From: Lishizhenia tianjinensis
GTDB lineage: Bacteria > Bacteroidota > Bacteroidia > Flavobacteriales_D > Crocinitomicaceae
Assembly: GCA_943330745.2 (NCBI GenBank)
Contig: CALQIX020000002.1
Location: forward strand, 26,909-90,908
Length of the DNA stretch: 64,000 nt
Direction of reading: 5' to 3'
The notes under the pieces are model-generated. The model was given only the letters and a program-made list of their open reading frames with translations, was not told the origin of the DNA and did not search any database. Positions 38,253 through 47,900 of this stretch are shown in pieces; within the stretch, counting starts at the first letter, position 1; each line of letters starts with the position of its first letter. Position numbers and translations under genes: made by a program.

Positions 38253-39772
38253 GGAATTAGTAGCTTTTGACCAATTTGTAGGTTATCGTTTTTCAATCGA
38301 TTCGCCTTTTTAATTTGTGCTACAGAGACTTTGTATTTTGCGGCTAATCCATAAAGAGTATCGCCTTTTTTCACCGTGTGACTTTTCGTTTTAGCTATCG
38401 GTTTTTTCACTTCTGGTTTTTTAATTACTGGAGGTGTTTTTATTTCCGTTTTGGGTTTATCTACTTTCTTAGGTGCTTCTAGTGCCGGCTCAATTTTCTT
38501 GGGCGCTTCTGCCGTTGTTTGCACAATGTCTTTCGATTCTGTGTAGGCCAACAAAAGCTCAGAAACAGCAGGGTTTTTTTGAATGGAATCCATTGAGTTT
38601 TTAATTGCTTCAAAAAGTAATTGTCCTTTTAATTCATATCCCTTGCTGGTTAAATGCACCAAGTCTGTTTGCGCATATCCAGCATCTCTCCATTTAGTCA
38701 ATGATTTTTTTCCACCAGCTACAGCATACCAATCCCAGAAAAGGCACTTATTTTTTTTTGCTAAGGAGTCAACTAAATTCCGAAAGGTAATTCCCTCGGT
38801 TACATGTTTCGACTTGTAATATAAATCTTGTGTACTCGTTAACAAAATCAATGCTTTTGGGCACATAACCCGCAAATCGGTTATAATTTTTTCTATTTGT
38901 ACGCCTAATTCAGGTTTTACTTGATTGTCATAGAGGTAATTATTTGTTCCAAAGTCTAATACAATCAAATTGGGTGAAAGTGCAGGCAATTGATCATCCA
39001 AGAGTTCTTCTAATAATAAAGAGCCGTATTGAGATGCACCAACACCCACAGAATGGTATAACACTCCTTTTTTGGAAGGAGTTTCCAAGGACATTCCGTA
39101 GAATTCAAACTGATTTTGAGTTGCTCTATTTTGAACTGTTTCCAATGTAAAACTTGTTTGATTACCAATAATTGGAATTTCAATGTAGGGCAAGGATGAC
39201 GATAAATAATCAGCCAATTTAATGCGAATTGTTGCCTCGTTCGTGATTAAATTGAAATCAAAAGAGGAAGTATCTTTTTTAATAAATACTTTCAGATTTT
39301 GATAGCTTGGAGATGGTTTTTTGAGTGTAAAGATGAGTTTGACATTTTTTTCGTCTGTGCGAACAGTCATTCCCGTTACACCGAGTGGTAATTTGGGTGC
39401 ACTCTGAAAGCTTTTTGCATAGGTCCAATTCCCGGTGTGACTGGTAGAATATAATACAGAAGAGTATGAGTTTGCGGCAGAATAGGCGAACATCATTCCT
39501 TTTCCACCATCTCCGTATTCAGCTTGAAGGGTTTTACGTGTGACTGCAGTTGGGTTTTCCGCTTGAATATGACTATCACCAAAATGTACAATCGTAAATC
39601 CATTTGTTTTTGCCCCTTGTAAGCCAGTAACTAATTTTTTCACCAAAGTAGGATCATTGAACTGAATGAAGTTATAGTTTTTTTTAACGTGTAAGGCATC
39701 AGGAATTGACGAGGTTTGAGCGAAGGAGCAAGTCCAACTCAATGTGCAAAGTAAGATTAGGAATTTAGTCAT
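38249..39772 (-). CDS. secreted SGNH/GDSL-like hydrolase with C-terminal LysM domain
   Basis: Signal peptide begins at the ATG at 39772 (MTKFLILLCTLSWTCSFAQ). Has a GDSH block (VHFGDSHIQ), a Lys/Pro-rich linker and a LysM domain (HTVKKGDTLYGLAAKYKVSVAQIKKANRL). The track start at 39814 adds 14 aa. Confidence 0.8.
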   Translation of the reverse strand: MTKFLILLCTLSWTCSFAQTSSIPDALHVKKNYNFIQFNDPTLVKKLVTGLQGAKTNGFTIVHFGDSHIQAENPTAVTRKTLQAEYGDGGKGMMFAYSAANSYSSVLYSTSHTGNWTYAKSFQSAPKLPLGVTGMTVRTDEKNVKLIFTLKKPSPSYQNLKVFIKKDTSSFDFNLITNEATIRIKLADYLSSSLPYIEIPIIGNQTSFTLETVQNRATQNQFEFYGMSLETPSKKGVLYHSVGVGASQYGSLLLEELLDDQLPALSPNLIVLDFGTNNYLYDNQVKPELGVQIEKIITDLRVMCPKALILLTSTQDLYYKSKHVTEGITFRNLVDSLAKKNKCLFWDWYAVAGGKKSLTKWRDAGYAQTDLVHLTSKGYELKGQLLFEAIKNSMDSIQKNPAVSELLLAYTESKDIVQTTAEAPKKIEPALEAPKKVDKPKTEIKTPPVIKKPEVKKPIAKTKSHTVKKGDTLYGLAAKYKVSVAQIKKANRLKNDNLQIGQKLLIP

Positions 39773-39957
39773 GTTGATTTTACAGCAAGTTAAGAAAATG
39801 TTAGTCACAGTCAAAATTAGTTTCGAGTATCCAGATTTTTATTTAGTATAATTAACTAAAAATGGAAATGTTACTTTTTATCAGTAATACTCTAAAGAAG
39901 ATTGAATTGTTTCAATCTTACGCTGTTTTTTACCATGAAAGTTCTATTCGAACTGAT

Positions 39958-40010
39958 ACCCCACCTTTTTTGAGACAATGAGGGAAGATAAATAAATTCC
40001 TTATTCATTT
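39958..40010 (-). repeat. copy A (degenerate) of a 3'-end repeat family; also a 53-nt direct repeat with 41349-41401
   Basis: ccccaccttttttgagacaatgagggaagataaataaattccttattcatttt is 42/53 identical to copy B. It overlaps the last codons and the stop of the ATPase gene. Confidence 0.7.
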
Positions 40011-41248
40011 TCGAGTAACCACGTGAATACGTTCAAGTGTTTAATTCCAAATCGATCCTGGGTAAAACTATCAGTTGTTAGCAAAAATTTCGGGTAATTA
40101 TCACGGATTTTTTCCAAAGATCGGAACTCACGTTCGCTTGTTTTTTCATCGGATAATTGCCAGGCCACTTGAAAGTAATTAATATGGCCACTTGGTGTTT
40201 TACAAACATAATCTACTTCCGAATTTCTATCCGTTCCTGTCCAAATTTTATTCCCCCTACGTAACAACTCCAAATAAACAATATTCTCAAGAATATGGCC
40301 CCGGTCTGTTATTCGATCTTTCCCGACGAGAACATTTAATAATCCTACATCAACGAGATAATACTTTTCTTGAGTCGCTAGCTGTTTTCTGCCCTTCAAA
40401 TCAAAACGATTTACCTTGTAAAACACGAAGCTTTTTTCTAAGTATTCTAAATATTGTTCTACTGTGGTATTGTGTGTAGTTTGGCCATCTTGTTTTAACG
40501 TTTTAGCAATGTTACCAGGTGATAATGCACTACCAATGTTGGAAGCAACAAATTTGACAATATTTCCAAAAGCTCGTTTATCATTAATTTGATGGCGTTG
40601 AGTGATATCTTTTTCAATAATTGTGGTATAAATGGCTTCCAGATACTCAAAAATTTTGTCGTAACCCCCTCCTCTTAATTTCACGCCAGCAGGCAAAGAT
40701 GTTTCATTTACATATTCAAAAAACAAGGGTTCATAATTGAGATACTTGTTTTTAACGTCAATTTTCCGTGCTTCAAGATACTCGCTGAATGAAAAAGGCA
40801 AAATAGAAATCTCAATATAACGACCACTTAACAATGTCGCTAATTCTCCACTTAATAAAAATGCATTAGACCCCGTTATGTAAACATCAATATTGGGTTT
40901 TACGAATAACCCATCTACCAAACGCTCGAACTGATTTACATTTTGAATTTCATCTAAAAAAACGTAACATGGTTGTGATAAATCTAATTGGTCAATGATG
41001 TATTTATATAAATTGTCGATATCATCAAGAAATGTCCGCAATTCCATTTCCTCAAAATTCAAAGAAACGATTTGTTTTTTTTTGACACCTTGTTTCTGTA
41101 GCTCAGATCGAAACATTTCTAAAAGCGTAGATTTACCAGATCGCCTCAATCCAGATACTACTTTAATCAAGTCCTGATCTTTGTATGATAAAAGTTTTTC
41201 AATGTATTGTTTTCTACCCGTGTATTTAATCATGTAGCTAAAATACAC
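40001..41248 (-). CDS. AAA+ ATPase of the AAA_14/DUF4143 (COG1373) type
   Basis: Walker A GLRRSGKSTL, Walker B VFLDEIQ, and a C-terminal DUF4143-like region. An in-frame ATG at 41233 is an alternative to the GTG at 41248. Confidence 0.8.
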   Translation of the reverse strand: MYFSYMIKYTGRKQYIEKLLSYKDQDLIKVVSGLRRSGKSTLLEMFRSELQKQGVKKKQIVSLNFEEMELRTFLDDIDNLYKYIIDQLDLSQPCYVFLDEIQNVNQFERLVDGLFVKPNIDVYITGSNAFLLSGELATLLSGRYIEISILPFSFSEYLEARKIDVKNKYLNYEPLFFEYVNETSLPAGVKLRGGGYDKIFEYLEAIYTTIIEKDITQRHQINDKRAFGNIVKFVASNIGSALSPGNIAKTLKQDGQTTHNTTVEQYLEYLEKSFVFYKVNRFDLKGRKQLATQEKYYLVDVGLLNVLVGKDRITDRGHILENIVYLELLRRGNKIWTGTDRNSEVDYVCKTPSGHINYFQVAWQLSDEKTSEREFRSLEKIRDNYPKFLLTTDSFTQDRFGIKHLNVFTWLLENE

Positions 41249-41341
41249 AATAAATCATTAAAACTTGCATTTTTTACGAGTTTTAATGATTGTAACAATT
41301 CTAATCCAACAAATATCTGCGTTAAGAAAATTACAGAAAAC

Positions 41342-41401
41342 AAAAATTCCCCACCGTTTTGAACGCGATGATAGAAGATACATAAATTCATTATTCATTT
41401 G
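41342..41401 (-). repeat. copy B of the 3'-end repeat family (hybrid: the half at lower plus-strand coordinates resembles copies C/D, the other half resembles copy A)
   Basis: aaaaattccccaccgttttgaacgcgatga, followed by tagaagatacataaattcattattcattt. It lies 24 nt downstream of the YhcG-remnant stop. Confidence 0.7.
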
Positions 41402-41424
41402 TAAACTACGAATAGAATACACTC

Positions 41425-41605
41425 TCATTTTTTACCAAACAACTCAATTTCCAATTCTGAAACAGTTGGCATATCTTCTTTTAATTTTTCGCTTTTTTTA
41501 ACCAACAACAATAGGATATTGCCGTTCAACAAATGCAAAACCCTTACCCAATTCAAGCAAAAATTTTGTGATATTTTCAGTCAGGTTCTTTTCTATTCCT
41601 GTAAT
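41425..41605 (-). pseudogene. internally deleted, N-terminally truncated remnant of a YhcG/DUF1016-type PDDEXK nuclease gene
   Basis: The minus strand of 41605-41501 reads ITGIEKNLTENITKFLLELGKGFAFVERQYPIVVG, bounded by stops, and matches the DUF1016 LLELGxGFAFVGRQ motif. A different frame at 41472-41428 reads MPTVSELEIELFGKK*, resembling the family C-terminus. The PDDEXK core between them is missing. Confidence 0.55.
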
Positions 41606-41663
41606 TTAACATTGAGACATTTTCATCATCTAATTTTTGGTTATTTACAAAAATTAGATTCAA

Positions 41664-42521
41664 TTAATTTTTTGGTACATACTGCTTATTACCCTTACTA
41701 TTAATTTTATAAATTCCCCCTCGTTTTCCACGATACAAACCCTTTCCACAGGAATTACATCCACCTCCCAAGTAATCACTGCCCACAGTCAATTTTTGAG
41801 CCCACCATTCTTGGTATTCCTCAAACGACATCCCCATCTTCACCCATTCTGGATAGTTATCCGAAATAGCCTGATACTTTGCATCAATAGCCGTTTTCTC
41901 GATCCAATTAGAAACTTCAATAATTTTTTTTACACTAATATCATAGGTTAATTTATCGAAGCACGTGTCGCGAAAAAACTTAAGTCTGTAAAATTGATTT
42001 TCAGCGATCATTTGACCCGCTAAAGCAATGTTAGATGCTGACTTGAACAGTTTGTGTGCTTTATCGATATCTGTGTTAAACTGTTTCTGCAGAGTTGTAT
42101 TAAATTGGCATTTCAATTTGGATATTTCCTTTGAAAATGAATACCAACCCAAATCGCTGCTTGACAAGTAATAATCAAGATCGTCCAAAAGTTTTATGTT
42201 CTCAATAGATACAATGTAGGTTTTGGATTGAATTTCTACCTTGGTCAATTCAATGAGTGTATCCGAAATATAATTTAAATAACCCAAGTAATTAAGCACA
42301 TTGGTATCGCCTTGTTGAGACCTTTCACTCAAGACCTGAGTCAATTCCTCAAAATTGGATTCCAAAAACAAAGAATCTAGAATAACCATATCAGATGCAT
42401 CTTTATTTGTCTGGGTAATATTCGCTTCTTTTGCGGTGTTTGATTGGCAATAGGAAGTGAAATGAACTAGAAATATTGTCAAGCACATTAAATGTATTGC
42501 AATGATTTTTTCTTTTAGCAT
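41664..42521 (-). CDS. secreted hypothetical protein with C-terminal PBCV-type basic adaptor-like motif
   Basis: Signal peptide (LMCLTIFLVHFTSYCQ). The C-terminus GKGLYRGKRGGIYKINSKGNKQYVPKN resembles the G-x-RGG-x-Y-x-I-x3-G-x-K-x-YV motif. Confidence 0.6.
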   Translation of the reverse strand: MLKEKIIAIHLMCLTIFLVHFTSYCQSNTAKEANITQTNKDASDMVILDSLFLESNFEELTQVLSERSQQGDTNVLNYLGYLNYISDTLIELTKVEIQSKTYIVSIENIKLLDDLDYYLSSSDLGWYSFSKEISKLKCQFNTTLQKQFNTDIDKAHKLFKSASNIALAGQMIAENQFYRLKFFRDTCFDKLTYDISVKKIIEVSNWIEKTAIDAKYQAISDNYPEWVKMGMSFEEYQEWWAQKLTVGSDYLGGGCNSCGKGLYRGKRGGIYKINSKGNKQYVPKN

Positions 42522-42548
42522 TGTTGTTGATTTGAAATTAGAACATAG

Positions 42549-44744
42549 TTATAACCCAAGTTCTTTTCGTATCACTTCAAAAGCACTAGGATTTACACCG
42601 CCGCTTACAAATTCTCCAAAATCATTAAGAATAATTGTTTTGACGTTCATATTCAACTCAGGGGAAATTGCATCTAAAGGAAACTTCAAATAAAGATCTT
42701 TAGCCTTTTTCAAGTCTCCGTTTAACAAATAAGCATGTGCCAAATTCAATGTGATCATGATGTTGTCATTCGATACTTTCGTTGCCTCTTTTAAAAATTT
42801 CGCAGCAACCTGATACTCAAAATTCAATAAACAACGCCAACCCAATGAATTCAAAATTGATATTGTTTTCTCCCCTTTTATGTAAGCATTGTAATCATTT
42901 AAAAACCTTGTTTCACCGTTATTGTAAGAGATAATGAAAAGATCCAGAGCAGTATTATCAACTGTATTCGAATTTTGATTCAAAACAGGAATCAAATCAT
43001 TCGAATTCGTCAATAATTTATATTTCCCTATGAAGTCTGCTCTGTTTGTCCTTAATGACAATTTGATTATTCTCAGTTCATCAAGTATACTTGACAACTG
43101 AATTTTATCCGCAGCCCAGATTGAATCGTTCATTTTATTCAATTGAAGCATATAATCGTTTTGATAATAAGCTTTTAGATTGGTCTTTTCCATTGCCTGA
43201 TTGTACCAATCTTTCAAAACTTTATCATTAAGACCTGACATGAGGAAATCATTACAAATACTTTTAAAATAAGCAGATGCTAAAATTAAATCATGCTTAA
43301 TTTCAAATACTAGAAAACTCTCTCTATCAAAATTGGCAACATTTTCTAAATAAACTTTTGGTTTTTCATTTATGTAAAACCAAGGTGTTGAATTCGGTAC
43401 GATTTTACTCAAGTTCAAAATATTATTTTTATTCTTTAATAAATAGTTGGCACGTGCGTCAGTATTAACCATTTCCAAAGCCACGCTATATTCTAATGCG
43501 TCAAAATTAAACTTATCTTTTTTTGGATCGTATGAACTAAAAATCCAAAATTGAGTGTTGTTAAAAAGTTGTGATAAAAGTGAATTCTTAAAATCTAGTG
43601 AACTTACCAAATATGCCAAAGCCAAAGCATTGCTCGAATTGGCCATTTCTTCGCTATACATTGCGTTTTGATCAATTAGCATGTTTTTCACCTCAACCGG
43701 AACCATCCAAGAACTAAAAATAGAATTATCTACGTAATCCGAAAATACAACATTTGAGTACTTAAATCCTTCGTTTGAAATATCAATTTTCAACTGATTC
43801 ATTTGCACAGCAAACTCCATTAATTTAGGTTCAAGAGCTAATTTATGACTTACCATATTGTAATTATACATAGGATTGCTATTCGATAAATCTGTGAACT
43901 CCTTTGAAATCATTAAATGCCAATTGGCATATGCACATTTCAAATATGCAATAATGGATCGACTTCTGTTCAGCAAGAAAACTTCATAACAGACAGGCCG
44001 CAGTCTTTTGAACATTTGAAGTTCTACATTGAGAAAGGATGATGGAAGGAATGCATCTATTACACGAGCATCCCAACGTTTGAATGGCTTTGAATTCACT
44101 TCAGTTGAAATCTCTTCAAAATATCGAATTCCCTCTGTCAGCAGTGCATTTTTCTTTTCTTGAATGCTATTCATTTGTTTCAGAAAATCCATTTCTGGTA
44201 TACCTCTAAAGTTGTTCATCTTGTTGAATTCTACATTCAACACATCTAATCTTTCATAGAAATTGATCAAAAAAAGCTCGTAAACACATTGAAATTCAGT
44301 TCGGTCATTGTAACCGTCATGTTCATCAGTGAAGACTAAATCATGAATTGAAGCTTTTATTGTGTTGAATGACTTTAATGTCGTTTCACCCTTCGAGATC
44401 ATTTTCTTATAATACTCTTGACGTTCTTCCACCGTTTGTGAATATGACACAAAAGGACAAGTCCCTATAATACAGGTCAACATGACAATCTTAAAAAGAT
44501 TTTTCATTACTGAAAAATGACCAAACTTTTCTTTAACTTGACTAAAAATGATGTCCATTCCTTCTTTAATTTTAATGAGAAACTTACTCTTGAAATTGAT
44601 GATTGATTCCATATTTACAGTACTATTTAGGGAGATTAAAAAATTAATTTTGCTTTCTTTACCATTTTTCAGGATTAATCCAACTTCAAATTTTAACTGT
44701 TCTTCTGGTGATAATTTCTGCATAATCGTTTTTTCGAGAAGCAA
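42549..44744 (-). CDS. hypothetical protein with internal signal/anchor sequence and C-terminal TPR-like repeats
   Basis: The hydrophobic stretch MKNLFKIVMLTCIIGTCPFVSYSQ begins at residue 80 (ATG at 44507). The real product is therefore either a 652-aa secreted protein or a type-II anchored protein starting at ATG 44723 or TTG 44744. The C-terminus (LNLAHAYLLNGDLKKAKDLYLKF) is TPR-like. Confidence 0.6.
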   Translation of the reverse strand: MLLEKTIMQKLSPEEQLKFEVGLILKNGKESKINFLISLNSTVNMESIINFKSKFLIKIKEGMDIIFSQVKEKFGHFSVMKNLFKIVMLTCIIGTCPFVSYSQTVEERQEYYKKMISKGETTLKSFNTIKASIHDLVFTDEHDGYNDRTEFQCVYELFLINFYERLDVLNVEFNKMNNFRGIPEMDFLKQMNSIQEKKNALLTEGIRYFEEISTEVNSKPFKRWDARVIDAFLPSSFLNVELQMFKRLRPVCYEVFLLNRSRSIIAYLKCAYANWHLMISKEFTDLSNSNPMYNYNMVSHKLALEPKLMEFAVQMNQLKIDISNEGFKYSNVVFSDYVDNSIFSSWMVPVEVKNMLIDQNAMYSEEMANSSNALALAYLVSSLDFKNSLLSQLFNNTQFWIFSSYDPKKDKFNFDALEYSVALEMVNTDARANYLLKNKNNILNLSKIVPNSTPWFYINEKPKVYLENVANFDRESFLVFEIKHDLILASAYFKSICNDFLMSGLNDKVLKDWYNQAMEKTNLKAYYQNDYMLQLNKMNDSIWAADKIQLSSILDELRIIKLSLRTNRADFIGKYKLLTNSNDLIPVLNQNSNTVDNTALDLFIISYNNGETRFLNDYNAYIKGEKTISILNSLGWRCLLNFEYQVAAKFLKEATKVSNDNIMITLNLAHAYLLNGDLKKAKDLYLKFPLDAISPELNMNVKTIILNDFGEFVSGGVNPSAFEVIRKELGL

Positions 44745-44873
44745 ATAAACAAATAAAAATCACCCCTATTAACGGCAACTAACTGCAACTAACCTGGGTG
44801 CTAAAAAGTAATCGTATTTTCGGGTGTAAATTCTTTTCTTTGTTTCATAAAGGATAAAGAACCTCTTAAAAAG

Positions 44874-44916
44874 AAAAATTCCCCCACCGTTTTGAACGCG
44901 ATGAGGGAATGCAGCG
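44874..44916 (-). repeat. copy C of the 3'-end repeat family; terminator-like hairpin on the minus strand
   Basis: 37 nt (44880-44916) are identical to 50108-50144. The minus-strand RNA folds CCCUCAUCG-(9 nt)-CGGUGGGGG (7 Watson-Crick and 2 G-U pairs), followed by AAUUUUUCUUUUU. It lies 12 nt past the stop of the 1099-aa gene. Confidence 0.65.
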
Positions 44917-44928
44917 ATTTGTTAATTT

Positions 44929-47900
44929 TTATTGCTTGATGAGCTTCGTTACAGCTGAACTATTTTCAATTGAAAGGTAGTATGCGCCACGAGCAACATG
45001 TTGCAAATCAATTTGCTCTTGGGTGGAAGTAATTTTTCCATCACGAATCGTTCTACCCGAAAAATCACGAATTGAATACCTTTTTCCAACTAGTTCTAAT
45101 GAAACCTCAAACGTAATGTTGCTGTTTGTTGGATTGGGGTATACAAGAATGTTTGTGTTCACGACTTCTATCACGCCCGATACGCCATTGTTTACGATGT
45201 TTGAACGTGATACTCCGTAATTCACTATTTTAGTTGGATCACAATTTACTGGATTTACGACCTCAATTTGGTAATACAAAGGGCCTGTTGGAGGAGATAA
45301 ATCTGTATATGAGTTCAAATTGCTTTGAATGGTTGTGAGTAAACTGATATTTGATGGATCTGTTCCTCTGTAAATATTGTAGCTACCAAAGGTTAAACCT
45401 TCGTAATGACTCCAAATTAAGTTCCATGCTCCGCCAATTCCTTGGTTGATAGTTAAGTGAATGGTTTTGTGGAAATCACCAACATTAGTTTCAACACCAC
45501 ACGTGTCTTTCGCTGAAATTTTATAGCGATAAGCCTGTACAGCAGGGTTTGAATTTACATCAAGGAAAACTGCCAATTGGTTATAATCCGTTGCGCCAAT
45601 CTTTGTGTAAATATTGGAAACGTTGGTTTCTTTGTACACATAGAAGGAATCAATTCCTAATGTTAAAGGTTTCTCCCACACCACTCGATTTTCATTGGTT
45701 AAGGAATCTACTCCCACGATACAGACTTGCGGAGCTGCCATAAAGGAAGCATTTACAGCAAATGGATTGGAAGTTTGTGAACAGCCATTGGAATTGGTTA
45801 CCGAAACAGAATAATTTCCAGATTGTGAAACCACCAACGAACTTGCCGTTGAACCGGTATTCCATAAATAGCTACTGAAACCACTAGGAGCAGTTAAAGT
45901 CATTGAACCTCCCGAACATGGCGTAATGGTTCCACTAGAGGAAATAGTTGGAACTGATGGAAGTGGATTAAACGTTACCGAAATACCAGCCGAAGTTACA
46001 GGACAATTGTTTTGATAAATGGTAACGGTATATGAACCACTTTGAGTTGGGTAAAATGAACTAGTTGTTGCTCCGCTTACTGGAATTCCATTTCTGTTCC
46101 ATTGATAGGTGAATGATGGATTCGTGTTGCAACTTAACAACAGTGAATCTCCTACACAGCCGCTCAAAGGACCAGTTTGATTAAGCGTTGCGGTATGTGT
46201 GCAAGTAACTCCGCCTATCACAAAAATTAGATCATTGAAGGTTTGTGAACTCGAACAGCCCGTTGTTAGGTTATCAGCAACAACGGTGACATCGGCATAG
46301 CCGTTTTGCGTATAAATGTGACTCAAGAATGGCGCATTGGATTGCTGAGAGGTTCCATCTCCGAAATACCATGTAAAATTATAGTTGCTCAAGTTTTGTG
46401 TTTGATTGGCAAAAGCTACATTGAGTGGGGCATTACCAAAAGCTGGGTTGGGGGTGATGGAGATGTTGTCGTTGGTATTTACATTTAAAGTAAGCGTTAC
46501 AACACTATCACAACCAAATTGATTTGTCAATGTTTGCGAATATTGACCTGGTTGAGTGTATTGTTGCCCGTTCCACGTGTAAGTGTCGCCGTTGCAGATA
46601 GTTGCGGAAAAAGAGGAAACAGAATTTAAGATGGTTAAATTTATTTCTAATATTACACTATCACAGTAATCTTGATAAATTGGATGATTATAAAATAACG
46701 CTTCATAATAGATTCCTGTTTCTGAATAGGATTGATTAGTTGGAGAAATATAGGGACTGCAAGAACTAACATTCATTATTTCAGTTGGAACAGTAGGTAA
46801 TTGTACATTTATATTTAGATAAACACTATCACAACCAGAAATATCGTCAATAACTTCAAAATAACTACCTGGACCATACGTCACTCCAGAAGGTGAAACA
46901 TAAGGAAAACACCAAGATGCAGCAGTATTTACTGTGTCAGAATATGGTGCACATTGCTTGAGTCTAATAATATTATTTGAATTATTTGAATTGAAAGTTG
47001 AAAACGCTCCTCCGGCAATTATTTTTCCATCTGACTGCAAACCTAATGAGTTTACCGGACCATTAAAAGCAAGGCCTGGATTAAACGTATTATCAATTGT
47101 CCCATCAGTATTAATACAAATAAAATTTTGATGATTATAGTACATATATAATGGATAATCTCCGGTCTGAATTGCCCAGAGACCCACACCTCCCATGCAA
47201 CCATTATAAGAAGGGTCATTGCAATTATCATTCATCCATGAACCTCCTATTATAAATTTTCCATTAGGCAAAGCAACAACTGATTGAGAATCTCCGTTAA
47301 TTTGAACATTGCTTGCAAATGCATTGTCGACTGTTCCATCATTTTGATTTAATAGATATGCAATAGGGTAAGGCCCGCAACAGCCTAACGCTCCGACCAC
47401 TATAATTTTGTTGTTAGTAAGTATTTTAAAATCATATACGCCTCCCCATGCCAAGTTAATAGGAGCAGAAAATGAATTATCAATTGTTCCATTTGAATTA
47501 AGTCTAATAATATCAGAAACAGCTATATTATTGAAATAATTTATAAAACCTGAAACAATTATTTTGCCATCACTCTGCACTGATATGCAATAAACATCTC
47601 CCACACTTACAGTTCCAGCGCTTGGATTTATTTGCATCATTATACCAGTGCCGGGATTAAAGGTTGTATCTAAAGACCCATCAGGATTTAGTCTCAAAAT
47701 AGAGTTGCGAAACGCACCATTATATGCCGAAAAGTAACCACCAACTAGTATTTTTCCATCGTTTTGGACACAAATTGCCCCAATGTTACAAAATACATTT
47801 TGATATACATTCTCACTAAATCCCGTTCCAATATTAAATGTTAAATCAATAGTACCATTAGTATTAAGTCTGACAAGGCGATTTCTTGTAAAACCATTAA

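Noticed and set aside
39898-39919. Perfect 9-bp hairpin (aagattgaa-ttgt-ttcaatctt) between the ATPase gene and the LysM hydrolase gene, considered as a possible terminator.
   Set aside because: The T-run on the plus strand is offset by 5 nt and no plus-strand gene ends upstream. On the minus strand the trailing U-tract is poor (CUUUAGAG). It may still insulate the two units, but I cannot support a terminator call.
41265-41704. Plus-strand ORFs 41265-41501 and 41519-41704 in the gap between the ATPase gene and the 285-aa gene.
   Set aside because: They overlap repeat copy B and the YhcG remnant that reads sensibly on the opposite strand. Their translations are low-complexity and have no motifs.
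44508-44744. 79-codon N-terminal extension of the 42549-44744 ORF, considered as a possible separate small gene or domain.
   Set aside because: There is no stop between it and the signal-like segment, so it cannot be a separate ORF in this frame. I could not decide between start sites from sequence alone, so it is kept as an annotation ambiguity rather than a feature.
44775-44805. Tandem gcaactaac x2 (10-nt period), and a tgggtgct 8-mer shared with the 47-nt right-end patch. These were considered as a possible decayed patch copy upstream of the 731-aa gene.
   Set aside because: The similarity is limited to 8 nt plus scattered matches, which is too short to distinguish from chance without a genome-wide motif model.
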